A DNA stretch of 63,666 nucleotides, counting the filler, from Basidiobolus ranarum (Eukaryota): the NCBI GenBank assembly GCA_040143965.1. It is 13 parts of 13 records of this genome, joined end to end, with 100 filler letters (N's around TTAATTAATTAA, not from the genome) between each part and the next. Parts side by side here need not be neighbours in the genome. Positions count along the whole stretch, not along the records: positions 58,879 to 63,666 come from JASJQH010001829.1; 12 more parts are not named here. One strand, 5' to 3'. Below, in pieces: positions 63,553-63,666 of the stretch. The first letter of the stretch is position 1, and the number at the start of each line of letters is the position of its first letter. The position numbers and the translations under genes were made by a program. The notes below the pieces were generated by a model. That model did not search any database, had not been told where the DNA came from, and saw only the letters and a program-made list of their open reading frames with translations.

Positions 63553-63666
63553 TGTTAAAGTGTTTTGGGAGCCTGTTGGAAGTGGTTTAGAGAATTAGAG
63601 AAATTGGTGGTTTTCACTTATTGATATATTCAGTAGATAGTTGACTTTATAGTTTTGTCAATATGT
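63553..63666 (-). mobile_element. Partial LTR of the second Copia family
   Basis: Matches 41289-41390. Confidence 0.8.

Overview
The window is not continuous DNA. It is 13 short contigs (about 4.8 kb each, in decreasing size) joined by 100-nt artificial linkers (44 N + TTAATTAATTAA + 44 N), so adjacency only means something within a contig. The source is a eukaryote with short GT-AG introns, most likely an early-diverging fungus (inference). Recognisable host genes: a TMEM184/OST-alpha transporter, FHIP/FAM160, a DUF924 protein, a pepsin-family protease, a class-3 lipase, a cytochrome P450, an eIF1 fragment, U1 snRNA and tRNA-Thr(CGT). Roughly half of the sequence is decayed, CpG-depleted transposon DNA (Ty1/Copia with half-tRNA-Met priming, Gypsy, CACTA, LINEs). 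The most interesting signals are five. (1) An intact, intronless 604-aa ORF carries a degenerate, apparently duplicated class I terpene-synthase motif set and converges on a P450. (2) Two heavily eroded mononegavirus-like L-polymerase fossils and a possible nucleoprotein fossil lie on three contigs and are not apparent from the ORF track alone. (3) Several LINE families share a 3' hairpin plus a CCCTAA telomere-type tail and stack head-to-tail. (4) An intronless bacterial-type starter-C NRPS sits in fungal repeat context. (5) A 463-bp inverted duplication directly records CpG-specific decay inside a retrotransposon. All homology calls come from manual translation and motif recognition; no searches were run.
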